DNA from: a virus
Lineage: Duplodnaviria; Caudoviricetes
Strand: one strand, 5' to 3'
IMG/VR virus record: IMGVR_UViG_3300030376_005973
Span: 1-24,073 of that record
DNA: 24,073 nucleotides
The notes under the pieces are model-generated. The model made no database searches, was not told the DNA's origin, and saw nothing but the letters and a program-made list of their open reading frames with translations. Numbering within the stretch: the stretch's first letter is position 1; the number at the start of each line of letters is the position of its first letter. Positions 23,208 through 24,073 of the stretch are shown here, piece after piece. Both the position numbers and the translations under genes were made by a program.

Positions 23208-23843
23208 ATGGATAAAATTAATCTTATAAATAATGATTGTATGAATGTAATACCAGAATATGAAACAAATTATTTTGATTTGGCAATAGTTGATCCTCCA
23301 TATGGTCTTCCAGAATTTAGTGAAAACCCAGAACAAGGAACAGGGGTTTTAAAAAATAGAATATTTCAAGAAATGGATAAAAGTAAGTGGGACAAAGCTC
23401 CTGATGCTTTATATTTTAAAGAATTACTTAGGGTTTCTAAAAACCAGATCATATGGGGCGGCAATTATTTTAATTTACCGCCTACAAGAGAGATTATATG
23501 CTGGGACAAAGAACAACCTTTTCCTAATTTTAGCGCTTGGGAGTTTGCTTGGACATCTTTTAATAGGCCTGCTAAAATATTTAGAATGAATAATAGAATT
23601 AAAAACAAAATACATCCAACTGAAAAGCCTGTAAAGCTTTATAAATGGTTATTGAAGCAATATGCAAAAAGTGGTCAATTAATATTAGATACGCATTTAG
23701 GGTCTGGAAATATTGCTATAGCTTGCCACGATTATAATTGCAATTTTCTTGGCATAGAAATAAACTCAGCTTATTATAAAAAAGCATCTAAGAATTATAA
23801 AGACCATAAAAATCAAGGAAATTTATTTGAAACAAGAATGTAA
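23208..23843 (+). CDS. DNA methyltransferase (N6-adenine/N4-cytosine, beta class), orphan
   Basis: DPPY catalytic motif precedes HPTEKP and the DTHLGSG SAM-binding motif; ATG at 23208. Confidence 0.9.
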   Translation: MDKINLINNDCMNVIPEYETNYFDLAIVDPPYGLPEFSENPEQGTGVLKNRIFQEMDKSKWDKAPDALYFKELLRVSKNQIIWGGNYFNLPPTREIICWDKEQPFPNFSAWEFAWTSFNRPAKIFRMNNRIKNKIHPTEKPVKLYKWLLKQYAKSGQLILDTHLGSGNIAIACHDYNCNFLGIEINSAYYKKASKNYKDHKNQGNLFETRM

Positions 23844-24021
23844 TATATGTTGTTCTGAAATAGAAGAAGACAATGGAGATGTTATTGGTTATTTTGGAAT
23901 ATCGCCTGTTGCCTTCTGTGTTTGGTGTATGTCTTCTATGACAGATATGGTTATACAATTTCAAGGTTTTGACGATATAGATACATTACAAGAAAGAATA
24001 AAGGAGATAGAAAATGAGTGA
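23827..24021 (+). CDS. small zinc-finger protein (64 aa)
   Basis: CNIC...CVWC; TTG start with AAGGA SD. Confidence 0.6.
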   Translation: MKQECNICCSEIEEDNGDVIGYFGISPVAFCVWCMSSMTDMVIQFQGFDDIDTLQERIKEIENE

Positions 24022-24073
24022 ATTAAAAGCATTGGAAGAGTTGCTTGAAATTATTTGGGGAACTGAACCTAAA
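24014..24073 (+). CDS. partial CDS, hypothetical
   Basis: AAGGAG SD, then ATG AGT GAA TTA (MSELKALEELLEIIWGTEPK...), running off the window. Confidence 0.55.
   Translation, partial: MSELKALEELLEIIWGTEPK

Noticed and set aside
16035-23589. Minus-strand or alternate-frame ORFs in the early/replication region (16035-16220, 17166-17375, 17430-17723, 17816-18049, 18612-18794, 21295-21528, 21888-22259, 23404-23589)
   Set aside because: They overlap coupled plus-strand genes, most of which have clear SD sequences.
23208-23843. Restriction-modification system
   Set aside because: No recognisable endonuclease adjacent within the window; orphan phage methyltransferases are common.

Overview
AT-rich (roughly 30-35% GC by eye) fragment of a tailed dsDNA bacteriophage (Caudoviricetes; probably a non-contractile tail, though this is not shown). 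Bases 1-10300 are a leftward morphogenesis and lysis operon: scaffold, major capsid, T4-type lysozyme, metallophosphoesterase, holin-like gene, a truncated MscS-like gene, fibre-like proteins, an enlarged head-tail adaptor, and tail completion/tube genes. Bases 10402-14199 are a rightward block (terminase large subunit, portal, virion morphogenesis and SPP1 gp7-like genes) that is inverted relative to its neighbours. A leftward HTH/terminase-small-like gene sits at 14280-14924. From 15491 on, everything runs rightward: an early region of small genes (GP88-like protein, peptide deformylase, acidic mini-proteins, a lipoprotein) and then replication genes (putative annealing protein, SSB-like protein, replication-protein C-domain, DNA methyltransferase). 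The most notable signals are at the RNA level. (1) A hairpin at 23146-23201 has a loop that is the reverse complement of the translation-initiation regions of several early genes, making it a candidate multi-target anti-RBS RNA. (2) A complete type II hammerhead ribozyme with pseudoknot lies at 16840-16906. (3) A promoter-driven, structured antisense RNA candidate (about 20914-21180) lies next to the replication genes. No integrase, tRNA or CRISPR array was seen. All protein calls come from motif recognition by eye; no database search was run.
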